A stretch of 64,000 nt of DNA from Botryllus schlosseri (Eukaryota): positions 10,976,001 to 11,040,000 of the forward strand of contig CM119372.1 of assembly GCA_051294905.1 (NCBI GenBank), in the 5' to 3' direction. The translations under genes were made by a program, and so were the position numbers. Under the pieces are notes generated by a model. It made no database searches and had not been told where the DNA came from. It saw only the letters and a list, made by a program, of their open reading frames with translations. Positions 1 to 12,000 of this stretch are shown here, one piece after another; positions within the stretch are counted from its first letter, which is position 1, and every line of letters begins with the position of its first letter.

Positions 1-3000
1 GTTTCCGAAGTTAAGGTTCATTCCGCCCATACCCATGTTTGCGAAGAGGTCGCCGTATTGTCCTTTGCCTCCGTCGGTGGTGACATCAACTGCAAGATCG
101 CTATCGACGTGTGCGTCAGCGATGGCGAGAGTGTTGTCTGCTACATCGACTTCGACGCCGTGACCGCCAGAATGATCACCGTCCACATTGACGCCGAGTC
201 CCATTGGGCCCATGGCGAATTGGAATCCGTTGTTTGCGTTGGCGTGTGCAATAGCATCACCGCTTCCGTAGTGAGGTCCTCCGGTTGCGATTGCTTTAGC
301 AGCGGCGTTGTTTCCGAAGTTAAGGTTAATTCCGCCCATACCCATGTTTGCGAAGAGGTCGCCGTATTGTCCTTTGCCTCCGTCGGTGGTGACATCAACT
401 GCAAGATCGCTATCGACGTGTGCGTCAGCGATGGCGAGAGTGTTGTCTGCTACATCGACTTCGACGCCGTGATCGCCTGAATGATCACCGTCCACATTGA
501 CGCCGAGTCCCATTGGGCCCATGGCGAATTGGAATCCGTTGTTTGCGTTGGCGTGTGCAATAGCATCACCGCTTCCGTAGTGAGGTCCTCCGGTTGCGAT
601 TGCTTTAGCAGCGGCGTTGTTTCCGAAGTTAAGGTTAATTCCGCCCATACCCATGTTTGCGAAGAGGTCGCCGTATTGTCCTTTGCCTCCGTCGGTGGTG
701 ACATCAACTGCAAGATCGCTATCGACGTGTGCGTCAGCGATGGCGAGAGTGTTGTCTGCTACATCGACTTCGACGCCGTGACCGCCAGAATGATCACCGT
801 CCACATTGACGCCGAGTCCCATTGGGCCCATGGCGAATTGGAATCCGTTGTTTGCGTTGGCGTGTGCAATAGCATCACCGCTTCCGTAGTGAGGTCCTCC
901 GGTTGCGATTGCTTTAGCAGCGGCGTTGTTTCCGAAGTTAAGGTTAATTCCGCCCATACCCATGTTTGCGAAGAGGTCGCCGTATTGTCCTTTGCCTCCG
1001 TCGGTGGTGACATCAACTGCAAGATCGCTATCGACGTGTGCGTCAGCGATGGCGAGAGTGTTGTCTGCTACATCGACTTCGACGCCGTGACCGCCAGAAT
1101 GATCACCGTCCACATTGACGCCGAGTCCCATTGGGCCCATGGCGAATTGGAATCCGTTGTTTGCGTTGGCGTGTGCAATAGCATCACCGCTTCCGTAGTG
1201 AGGTCCTCCGGTTGCGATTGCTTTAGCAGCGGCGTTGTTTCCGAAGTTAAGGTTAATTCCGCCCATACCCATGTTTGCGAAGAGGTCGCCGTATTGTCCT
1301 TTGCCTCCGTCGGTGGTGACATCAACTGCAAGATCGCTATCGACGTGTGCGTCAGCGATGGCGAGAGTGTTGTCTGCTACATCGACTTCGACGCCGTGAC
1401 CGCCAGAATGATCACCGTCCACATTGACGCCGAGTCCCATTGGGCCCATGGCGAATTGGAATCCGTTGTTTGCGTTGGCGTGTGCAATAGCATCACCGCT
1501 TCCGTAGTGAGGTCCTCCGGTTGCGATTGCTTTAGCAGCGGCGTTGTTTCCGAAGTTAAGGTTAATTCCGCCCATACCCATGTTTGCGAAGAGGTCGCCG
1601 TATTGTCCTTTGCCTCCGTCGGTGGTGACATCAACTGCAAGATCGCTATCGACGTGTGCGTCAGCGATGGCGAGAGTGTTGTCTGCTACATCGACTTCGA
1701 CGCCGTGACCGCCAGAATGATCACCGTCCACATTGACGCCGAGTCCCATTGGGCCCATGGCGAATTGGAATCTGTTGTTTGCGTTGGCGTGTGCAATAGC
1801 ATCACCGCTTCCGTAGTGAGGTCCTCCGGTTGCGATTGCTTTAGCAGCGGCGTTGTTTCCGAAGTTAAGGTTAATTCCGCCCATACCCATGTTTGCGAAG
1901 AGGTCGCCGTATTGTCCTTTGCCTCCGTCGGTGGTGACATCAACTGCAAGATCGCTATCGACGTGTGCGTCAGCGATGGCGAGAGTGTTGTCTGCTACAT
2001 CGACTTCGACGCCGTGATCGCCTGAATGATCACCGTCCACATTGACGCCGAGTCCCATTGGGCCCATGGCGAATTGGAATCCGTTGTTTGCGTTGGCGTG
2101 TGCAATAGCATCACCGCTTCCGTAGTGAGGTCCTCCGGTTGCAATTGCTTTAGCAGCGGCGTTGTTTCCGAAGTTAAGGTTAATTCCGCCCATACCCATG
2201 TTTGCGAAGAGGTCGCCGTATTGTCCTTTGCCTCCGTCGGTGGTGACATCAACTGCAAGATCGCTATCGACGTGTGCGTCAGCGATGGCGAGAGTGTTGT
2301 CTGCTACATCGACTTCGACGCCGTGACCGCCAGAATGATCACCGTCCACATTGACGCCGAGTCCCATTGGGCCCATGGCGAATTGGAATCCGTTGTTTGC
2401 GTTGGCGTGTGCAATAGCATCACCGCTTCCGTAGTGAGGTCCTCCGGTTGCGATTGCTTTAGCAGCGGCGTTGTTTCCGAAGTTAAGGTTAATTCCGCCC
2501 ATACCCATGTTTGCGAAGAGGTCGCCGTATTGTCCTTTGCCTCCGTCGGTGGTGACATCAACTGCAAGATCGCTATCGACGTGTGCGTCAGCGATGGCGA
2601 GAGTGTTGTCTGCTACATCGACTTCGACGCCGTGACCGCCAGAATGATCACCGTCCACATTGACGCCGAGTCCCATTGGGCCCATGGCGAATTGGAATCC
2701 GTTGTTTGCGTTGGCGTGTGCAATAGCATCACCGCTTCCGTAGTGAGGTCCTCCGGTTGCGATTGCTTTAGCAGCGGCGTTGTTTCCGAAGTTAAGGTTA
2801 ATTCCGCCCATACCCATGTTTGCGAAGAGGTCGCCGTATTGTCCTTCGCCTCCGTCGGTGGTGACATCAACTGCAAGATCGCTATCGACGTGTGCGTCAG
2901 CGATGGCGAGAGTGTTGTCTGCTACATCGACTTCGACGCCGTGACCGCCAGAATGATCACCGTCCACATTGACGCCGAGTCCCATTGGGCCCATGGCGAA

Positions 3001-6000
3001 TTGGAATCCGTTGTTTGCGTTGGCGTGTGCAATAGCATCACCGCTTCCGTAGTGAGGTCCTCCGGTTGCGATTGCTTTAGCAGCGGCGTTGTTTCCGAAG
3101 TTAAGGTTAATTCCGCCCATACCCATGTTTGCGAAGAGGTCGCCGTGTTGTCCTTTGCCTCCGTCGGTGGTGACATCAACTGCAAGATCGCTATCGACGT
3201 GTGCGTCAGCGATGGCGAGAGTGTTGTCTGCTACATCGACTTCGACGCCGTGACCGCCAGAATGATCACCGTCCACATTGACGCCGAGCCCCATTGGGCC
3301 CATGGCGAATTGGAATCCGTTGTTTGCGTTGGCGTGTGCAATAGCATCACCGCTTCCGTAGTGAGGTCCTCCGGTTGCGATTGCTTTAGCAGCGGCGTTG
3401 TTTCCGAAGTTAAGGTTAATTCCGCCCATACCCATGTTTGCGAAGAGGTCGCCGTATTGTCCTTTGCCTCCGTCGGTGGTGACATCAACTGCAAGATCGC
3501 TATCGACGTGTGCGTCAGCGATGGCGAGAGTGTTGTCTGCTACATCGACTTCGACGCCGTGACCGCCAGAATGATCACCGTCCACATTGACGCCGAGTCC
3601 CATTGGGCCCATGGCGAATTGGAATCCGTTGTTTGCGTTGGCGTGTGCAATAGCATCACCGCTTCCGTAGTGAGGTCCTCCGGTTGCAATTGCTTTAGCA
3701 GCGGCGTTGTTTCCGAAGTTAAGGTTAATTCCGCCCATACCCATGTTTGCGAAGAGGTCGCCGTATTGTCCTTTGCCTCCGTCGGTGGTGACATCAACTG
3801 CAAGATCGCTATCGACGTGTGCGTCAGCGATGGCGAGAGTGTTGTCTGCTACATCGACTTCGACGCCGTGACCGCCAGAATGATCACCGTCCACATTGAC
3901 GCCGAGTCCCATTGGGCCCATGGCGAATTGGAATCCGTTGTTTGCGTTGGCGTGTGCAATAGCATCACCGCTTCCGTAGTGAGGTCCTCCGGTTGCGATT
4001 GCTTTAGCAGCGGCGTTGTTTCCGAAGTTAAGGTTAATTCCGCCCATACCCATGTTTGCGAAGAGGTCGCCGTATTGTCCTTTGCCTCCGTCGGTGGTGA
4101 CATCAACTGCAAGATCGCTATCGACGTGTGCGTCAGCGATGGCGAGAGTGTTGTCTGCTACATCGACTTCGACGCCGTGACCGCCAGAATGATCACCGTC
4201 CACATTGACGCCGAGTCCCATTGGGCCCATGGCGAATTGGAATCCGTTGTTTGCGTTGGCGTGTGCAATAGCATCACCGCTTCCGTAGTGAGGTCCTCCG
4301 GTTGCGATTGCTTTAGCAGCGGCGTTGTTTCCGAAGTTAAGGTTAATTCCGCCCATACCCATGTTTGCGAAGAGGTCGCCGTATTGTCCTTCGCCTCCGT
4401 CGGTGGTGACATCAACTGCAAGATCGCTATCGACGTGTGCGTCAGCGATGGCGAGAGTGTTGTCTGCTACATCGACTTCGACGCCGTGACCGCCAGAATG
4501 ATCACCGTCCACATTGACGCCGAGTCCCATTGGGCCCATGGCGAATTGGAATCCGTTGTTTGCGTTGGCGTGTGCAATAGCATCACCGCTTCCGTAGTGA
4601 GGTCCTCCGGTTGCGATTGCTTTAGCAGCGGCGTTGTTTCCGAAGTTAAGGTTAATTCCGCCCATACCCATGTTTGCGAAGAGGTCGCCGTGTTGTCCTT
4701 TGCCTCCGTCGGTGGTGACATCAACTGCAAGATCGCTATCGACGTGTGCGTCAGCGATGGCGAGAGTGTTGTCTGCTACATCGACTTCGACGCCGTGACC
4801 GCCAGAATGATCACCGTCCACATTGACGCCGAGCCCCATTGGGCCCATGGCGAATTGGAATCCGTTGTTTGCGTTGGCGTGTGCAATAGCATCACCGCTT
4901 CCGTAGTGAGGTCCTCCGGTTGCGATTGCTTTAGCAGCGGCGTTGTTTCCGAAGTTAAGGTTAATTCCGCCCATACCCATGTTTGCGAAGAGGTCGCCGT
5001 ATTGTCCTTTGCCTCCGTCGGTGGTGACATCAACTGCAAGATCGCTATCGACGTGTGCGTCAGCGATGGCGAGAGTGTTGTCTGCTACATCGACTTCGAC
5101 GCCGTGACCGCCAGAATGATCACCGTCCACATTGACGCCGAGTCCCATTGGGCCCATGGCGAATTGGAATCCGTTGTTTGCGTTGGCGTGTGCAATAGCA
5201 TCACCGCTTCCGTAGTGAGGTCCTCCGGTTGCGATTGCTTTAGCAGCGGCGTTGTTTCCGAAGTTAAGGTTAATTCCGCCCATACCCATGTTTGCGAAGA
5301 GGTCGCCGTATTGTCCTTTGCCTCCGTCGGTGGTGACATCAACTGCAAGATCGCTATCGACGTGTGCGTCAGCGATGGCGAGAGTGTTGTCTGCTACATC
5401 GACTTCGACGCCGTGACCGCCAGAATGATCACCGTCCACATTGACGCCGAGTCCCATTGGGCCCATGGCGAATTGGAATCCGTTGTTTGCGTTGGCGTGT
5501 GCAATAGCATCACCGCTTCCGTAGTGAGGTCCTCCGGTTGCGATTGCTTTAGCAGCGGCGTTGTTTCCGAAGTTAAGGTTAATTCCGCCCATACCCATGT
5601 TTGCGAAGAGGTCGCCGTATTGTCCTTTGCCTCCGTCGGTGGTGACATCAACTGCAAGATCGCTATCGACGTGTGCGTCAGCGATGGCGAGAGTGTTGTC
5701 TGCTACATCGACTTCGACGCCGTGACCGCCAGAATGATCACCGTCCACATTGACGCCGAGTCCCATTGGGCCCATGGCGAATTGGAATCCGTCGTTTGCG
5801 TTGGCGTGTGCAATAGCATCACCGCTTCCGTAGTGAGGTCCTCCGGTTGCGATTGCTTTAGCAGCGGCGTTGTTTCCGAAGTTAAGGTTAATTCCGCCCA
5901 TACCCATGTTTGCGAAGAGGTCGCCGTATTGTCCTTTGCCTCCGTCGGTGGTGACATCAACTGCAAGATCGCTATCGACGTGTGCGTCAGCGATGGCGAG

Positions 6001-9000
6001 AGTGTTGTCTGCTACATCGACTTCGACGCCGTGACCGCCAGAATGATCACCGTCCACATTGACGCCGAGTCCCATTGGGCCCATGGCGAATTGGAATCCG
6101 TTGTTTGCGTTGGCGTGTGCAATAGCATCACCGCTTCCGTAGTGAGGTCCTCCGGTTGCGATTGCTTTAGCAGCGGCGTTGTTTCCGAAGTTAAGGTTAA
6201 TTCCGCCCATACCCATGTTTGCGAAGAGGTCGCCGTATTGTCCTTTGCCTCCGTCGGTGGTGACATCAACTGCAAGATCGCTATCGACGTGTGCGTCAGC
6301 GATGGCGAGAGTGTTGTCTGCTACATCGACTTCGACGCCGTGACCGCCAGAATGATCACCGTCCACATTGACGCCGAGTCCCATTGGGCCCATGGCGAAT
6401 TGGAATCCGTTGTTTGCGTTGGCGTGTGCAATAGCATCACCGCTTCCGTAGTGAGGTCCTCCGGTTGCGATTGCTTTAGCAGCGGCGTTGTTTCCGAAGT
6501 TAAGGTTAATTCCGCCCATACCCATGTTTGCGAAGAGGTCGCCGTATTGTCCTTTGCCTCCGTCGGTGGTGACATCAACTGCAAGATCGCTATCGACGTG
6601 TGCGTCAGCGATGGCGAGAGTGTTGTCTGCTACATCGACTTCGACGCCGTGATCGCCTGAATGATCACCGTCCACATTGACGCCGAGTCCCATTGGGCCC
6701 ATGGCGAATTGGAATCCGTTGTTTGCGTTGGCGTGTGCAATAGCATCACCGCTTCCGTAGTGAGGTCCTCCGGTTGCGATTGCTTTAGCAGCGGCGTTGT
6801 TTCCGAAGTTAAGGTTAATTCCGCCCATACCCATGTTTGCGAAGAGGTCGCCGTATTGTCCTTTGCCTCCGTCGGTGGTGACATCAACTGCAAGATCGCT
6901 ATCGACGTGTGCGTCAGCGATGGCGAGAGTGTTGTCTGCTACATCGACTTCGACGCCGTGACCGCCAGAATGATCACCGTCCACATTGACGCCGAGTCCC
7001 ATTGGGCCCATGGCGAATTGGAATCCGTTGTTTGCGTTGGCGTGTGCAATAGCATCACCGCTTCCGTAGTGAGGTCCTCCGGTTGCGATTGCTTTAGCAG
7101 CGGCGTTGTTTCCGAAGTTAAGGTTAATTCCGCCCATACCCATGTTTGCGAAGAGGTCGCCGTATTGTCCTTTGCCTCCGTCGGTGGTGACATCAACTGC
7201 AAGATCGCTATCGACGTGTGCGTCAGCGATGGCGAGAGTGTTGTCTGCTACATCGACTTCGACGCCGTGACCGCCAGAATGATCACCGTCCACATTGACG
7301 CCGAGTCCCATTGGGCCCATGGCGAATTGGAATCCGTTGTTTGCGTTGGCGTGTGCAATAGCATCACCGCTTCCGTAGTGAGGTCCTCCGGTTGCGATTG
7401 CTTTAGCAGCGGCGTTGTTTCCGAAGTTAAGGTTAATTCCGCCCATACCCATGTTTGCGAAGAGGTCGCCGTATTGTCCTTTGCCTCCGTCGGTGGTGAC
7501 ATCAACTGCAAGATCGCTATCGACGTGTGCGTCAGCGATGGCGAGAGTGTTGTCTGCTACATCGACTTCGACGCCGTGACCGCCAGAATGATCACCGTCC
7601 ACATTGACGCCGAGTCCCATTGGGCCCATGGCGAATTGGAATCCGTTGTTTGCGTTGGCGTGTGCAATAGCATCACCGCTTCCGTAGTGAGGTCCTCCGG
7701 TTGCGATTGCTTTAGCAGCGGCGTTGTTTCCGAAGTTAAGGTTAATTCCGCCCATACCCATGTTTGCGAAGAGGTCGCCGTATTGTCCTTTGCCTCCGTC
7801 GGTGGTGACATCAACTGCAAGATCGCTATCGACGTGTGCGTCAGCGATGGCGAGAGTGTTGTCTGCTACATCGACTTCGACGCCGTGACCGCCAGAATGA
7901 TCACCGTCCACATTGACGCCGAGTCCCATTGGGCCCATGGCGAATTGGAATCCGTTGTTTGCGTTGGCGTGTGCAATAGCATCACCGCTTCCGTAGTGAG
8001 GTCCTCCGGTTGCGATTGCTTTAGCAGCGGCGTTGTTTCCGAAGTTAAGGTTAATTCCGCCCATACCCATGTTTGCGAAGAGGTCGCCGTATTGTCCTTT
8101 GCCTCCGTCGGTGGTGACATCAACTGCAAGATCGCTATCGACGTGTGCGTCAGCGATGGCGAGAGTGTTGTCTGCTACATCGACTTCGACGCCGTGACCG
8201 CCAGAATGATCACCGTCCACATTGACGCCGAGTCCCATTGGGCCCATGGCGAATTGGAATCCGTTGTTTGCGTTGGCGTGTGCAATAGCATCACCGCTTC
8301 CGTAGTGAGGTCCTCCGGTTGCGATTGCTTTAGCAGCGGCGTTGTTTCCGAAGTTAAGGTTAATTCCGCCCATACCCATGTTTGCGAAGAGGTCGCCGTA
8401 TTGTCCTTTGCCTCCGTCGGTGGTGACATCAACTGCAAGATCGCTATCGACGTGTGCGTCAGCGATGGCGAGAGTGTTGTCTGCTACATCGACTTCGACG
8501 CCGTGACCGCCAGAATGATCACCGTCCACATTGACGCCGAGTCCCATTGGGCCCATGGCGAATTGGAATCCGTTGTTTGCGTTGGCGTGTGCAATAGCAT
8601 CACCGCTTCCGTAGTGAGGTCCTCCGGTTGCGATTGCTTTAGCAGCGGCGTTGTTTCCGAAGTTAAGGTTAATTCCGCCCATACCCATGTTTGCGAAGAG
8701 GTCGCCGTATTGTCCTTTGCCTCCGTCGGTGGTGACATCAACTGCAAGATCGCTATCGACGTGTGCGTCAGCGATGGCGAGAGTGTTGTCTGCTACATCG
8801 ACTTCGACGCCGTGACCGCCAGAATGATCACCGTCCACATTGACGCCGAGTCCCATTGGGCCCATGGCGAATTGGAATCCGTTGTTTGCGTTGGCGTGTG
8901 CAATAGCATCACCGCTTCCGTAGTGAGGTCCTCCGGTTGCGATTGCTTTAGCAGCGGCGTTGTTTCCGAAGTTAAGGTTAATTCCGCCCATACCCATGTT

Positions 9001-12000
9001 TGCGAAGAGGTCGCCGTATTGTCCTTTGCCTCCGTCGGTGGTGACATCAACTGCAAGATCGCAATCGACGTGTGCGTCAGCGATGGCGAGAGTGTTGTCT
9101 GCTACATCGACTTCGACGCCGTGACCGCCAGAATGATCACCGTCCACATTGACGCCGAGTCCCATTGGGCCCATGGCGAATTGGAATCCGTTGTTTGCGT
9201 TGGCGTGTGCAATAGCATCACCGCTTCCGTAGTGAGGTCCTCCGGTTGCGATTGCTTTAGCAGCGGCGTTGTTTCCGAAGTTAAGGTTAATTCCGCCCAT
9301 ACCCATGTTTGCGAAGAGGTCGCCGTATTGTCCTTTGCCTCCGTCGGTGGTGACATCAACTGCAAGATCGCTATCGACGTGTGCGTCAGCGATGGCGAGA
9401 GTGTTGTCTGCTACATCGACTTCGACGCCGTGATCGCCTGAATGATCACCGTCCACATTGACGCCGAGTCCCATTGGGCCCATGGCGAATTGGAATCCGT
9501 TGTTTGCGTTGGCGTGTGCAATAGCATCACCGCTTCCGTAGTGAGGTCCTCCGGTTGCGATTGCTTTAGCAGCGGCGTTGTTTCCGAAGTTAAGGTTAAT
9601 TCCGCCCATACCCATGTTTGCGAAGAGGTCGCCGTATTGTCCTTTGCCTCCGTCGGTGGTGACATCAACTGCAAGATCGCTATCGACGTGTGCGTCAGCG
9701 ATGGCGAGAGTGTTGTCTGCTACATCGACTTCGACGCCGTGACCGCCAGAATGATCACCGTCCACATTGACGCCGAGTCCCATTGGGCCCATGGCGAATT
9801 GGAATCCGTTGTTTGCGCTGGCGTGTGCAATAGCATCACCGCTTCCGTAGTGAGGTCCTCCGGTTGCGATTGCTTTAGCAGCGGCGATGTTTCCGAAGTT
9901 AAGGTTAATTCCGCCCATACCCATGTTTGCGAAGAGGTCGCCGTATTGTCCTTTGCCTCCGTCGGTGGTGACATCAACTGCAAGATCGCTATCGACGTGT
10001 GCGTCAGCGATGGCGAGAGTGTTGTCTGCTACATCGACTTCGACGCCATGACCGCCAGAATGATCACCGTCCACATTGACGCCGAGTCCCATTGGGCCCA
10101 TGGCGAATTGGAATCCGTTGTTTGCGTTGGCGTGTGCAATAGCATCACCGCTTCCGTAGTGAGGTCCTCCGGTTGCGATTGCTTTAGCAGCGGCGTTGTT
10201 TCCGAAGTTAAGGTTAATTCCGCCCATACCCATGTTTGCGAAGAGGTCGCCGTATTGTCCTTTGCCTCCGTCGGTGGTGACATCAACTGCAAGATCGCTA
10301 TCGACGTGTGCGTCAGCGATGGCGAGAGTGTTGTCTGCTACATCGACTTCGACGCCGTGACCGCCAGAATGATCACCGTCCACATTGACGCCGAGTCCCA
10401 TTGGGCCCATGGCGAATTGGAATCCGTTGTTTGCGTTGGCGTGTGCAATAGCATCACCGCTTCCGTAGTGAGGTCCTCCGGTTGCGATTGCTTTAGCAGC
10501 GGCGTTGTTTCCGAAGTTAAGGTTAATTCCGCCCATACCCATGTTTGCGAAGAGGTCGCCGTATTGTCCTTTGCCTCCGTCGGTGGTGACATCAACTGCA
10601 AGATCGCTATCGACGTGTGCGTCAGCGATGGCGAGAGTGTTGTCTGCTACATCGACTTCGACGCCGTGACCGCCAGAATGATCACCGTCCACATTGACGC
10701 CGAGTCCCATTGGGCCCATGGCGAATTGGAATCCGTTGTTTGCGTTGGCGTGTGCAATAGCATCACCGCTTCCGTAGTGAGGTCCTCCGGTTGCGATTGC
10801 TTTAGCAGCGGCGTTGTTTCCGAAGTTAAGGTTAATTCCGCCCATACCCATGTTTGCCAAGAGGTCGCCGTATTGTCCTTTGCCTCCGTCGGTGGTGACA
10901 TCAACTGCAAGATCGCTATCGACGTGTGCGTCAGCGATGGCGAGAGTGTTGTCTGCTACATCGACTTCGACGCCGTGACCGCCAGAATGATCACCGTCCA
11001 CATTGACGCCGAGTCCCATTGGGCCCATGGCGAATTGGAATCCGTTGTTTGCGTTGGCGTGTGCAATAGCATCACCGCTTCCGTAGTGAGGTCCTCCGGT
11101 TGCGATTGCTTTAGCAGCGGCGTTGTTTCCGAAGTTAAGGTTAATTCCGCCCATACCCATGTTTGCGAAGAGGTCGCCGTATTGTCCTTTGCCTCCGTCG
11201 GTGGTGACATCAACTGCAAGATCGCTATCGACGTGTGCGTCAGCGATGGCGAGAGTGTTGTCTGCTACATCGACTTCGACGCCGTGACCGCCAGAATGAT
11301 CACCGTCCACATTGACGCCGAGTCCCATTGGGCCCATGGCGAATTGGAATCCGTTGTTTGCGTTGGCGTGTGCAATAGCATCACCGCTTCCGTAGTGAGG
11401 TCCTCCGGTTGCGATTGCTTTAGCAGCGGCGTTGTTTCCGAAGTTAATGTTAATTCCGCCCATACCCATGTTTGCGAAGAGGTCGCCGTATTGTCCTTTG
11501 CCTCCGTCGGTGGTGACATCAACTGCAAGATCGCTATCGACGTGTGCGTCAGCGATGGCAAGAGTGTTGTCTGCTACATCGACTTCGACGCCGTGACCGC
11601 CAGAATGATCACCGTCCACATTGACGCCGAGTCCCATTGGGCCCATGGCGAATTGGAATCCGTTGTTTGCGTTGGCGTGTGCAATAGCATCACCGCTTCC
11701 GTAGTGAGGTCCTCCGGTTGCGATTGCTTTAGCAGCGGCGTTGTTTCCGAAGTTAAGGTTAATTCCGCCCATACCCATGTTTGCGAAGAGGTCGCCGTAT
11801 TGTCCTTTGCCTCCGTCGGTGGTGACATCAACTGCAAGATCGCTATCGACGTGTGCGTCAGCGATGGCGAGAGTGTTGTCTGCTACATCGACTTCGACGC
11901 CGTGACCGCCAGAATGATCACCGTCCACATTGACGCCGAGTCCCATTGGGCCCATGGCGAATTGGAATCCGTTGTTTGCGTTGGCGTGTGCAATAGCATC

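Noticed and set aside
200..215. Short palindromic patch cccattgggcccatgg as a regulatory hairpin or recombination site
   Set aside because: It is explained by the codons for Met-Gly-Pro-Met-Gly, is too short, has no U-tract, and does not consistently coincide with A/B switch points.
310..618. Assignment to RTX/Bap/LapA Ig-like adhesin, ice-nucleation protein, PE-PGRS, collagen, mucin or spidroin
   Set aside because: Only the size or Gly/Ala richness matches. There is no GGxGxDxL nonapeptide, AGYGST octamer, GGAGG/GGNGG run, Gly-X-Y triplet, PTS richness or poly-Ala. No gene symbol can be supported without a search.
6661..9060. Whole array as an assembly artefact (long runs of identical units here and at ~47.1-49.1 kb)
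   Set aside because: Most of the array has position-specific variants in nested, diverged patterns that an artefact would not create. The exact copy number in the identical runs remains unverified.
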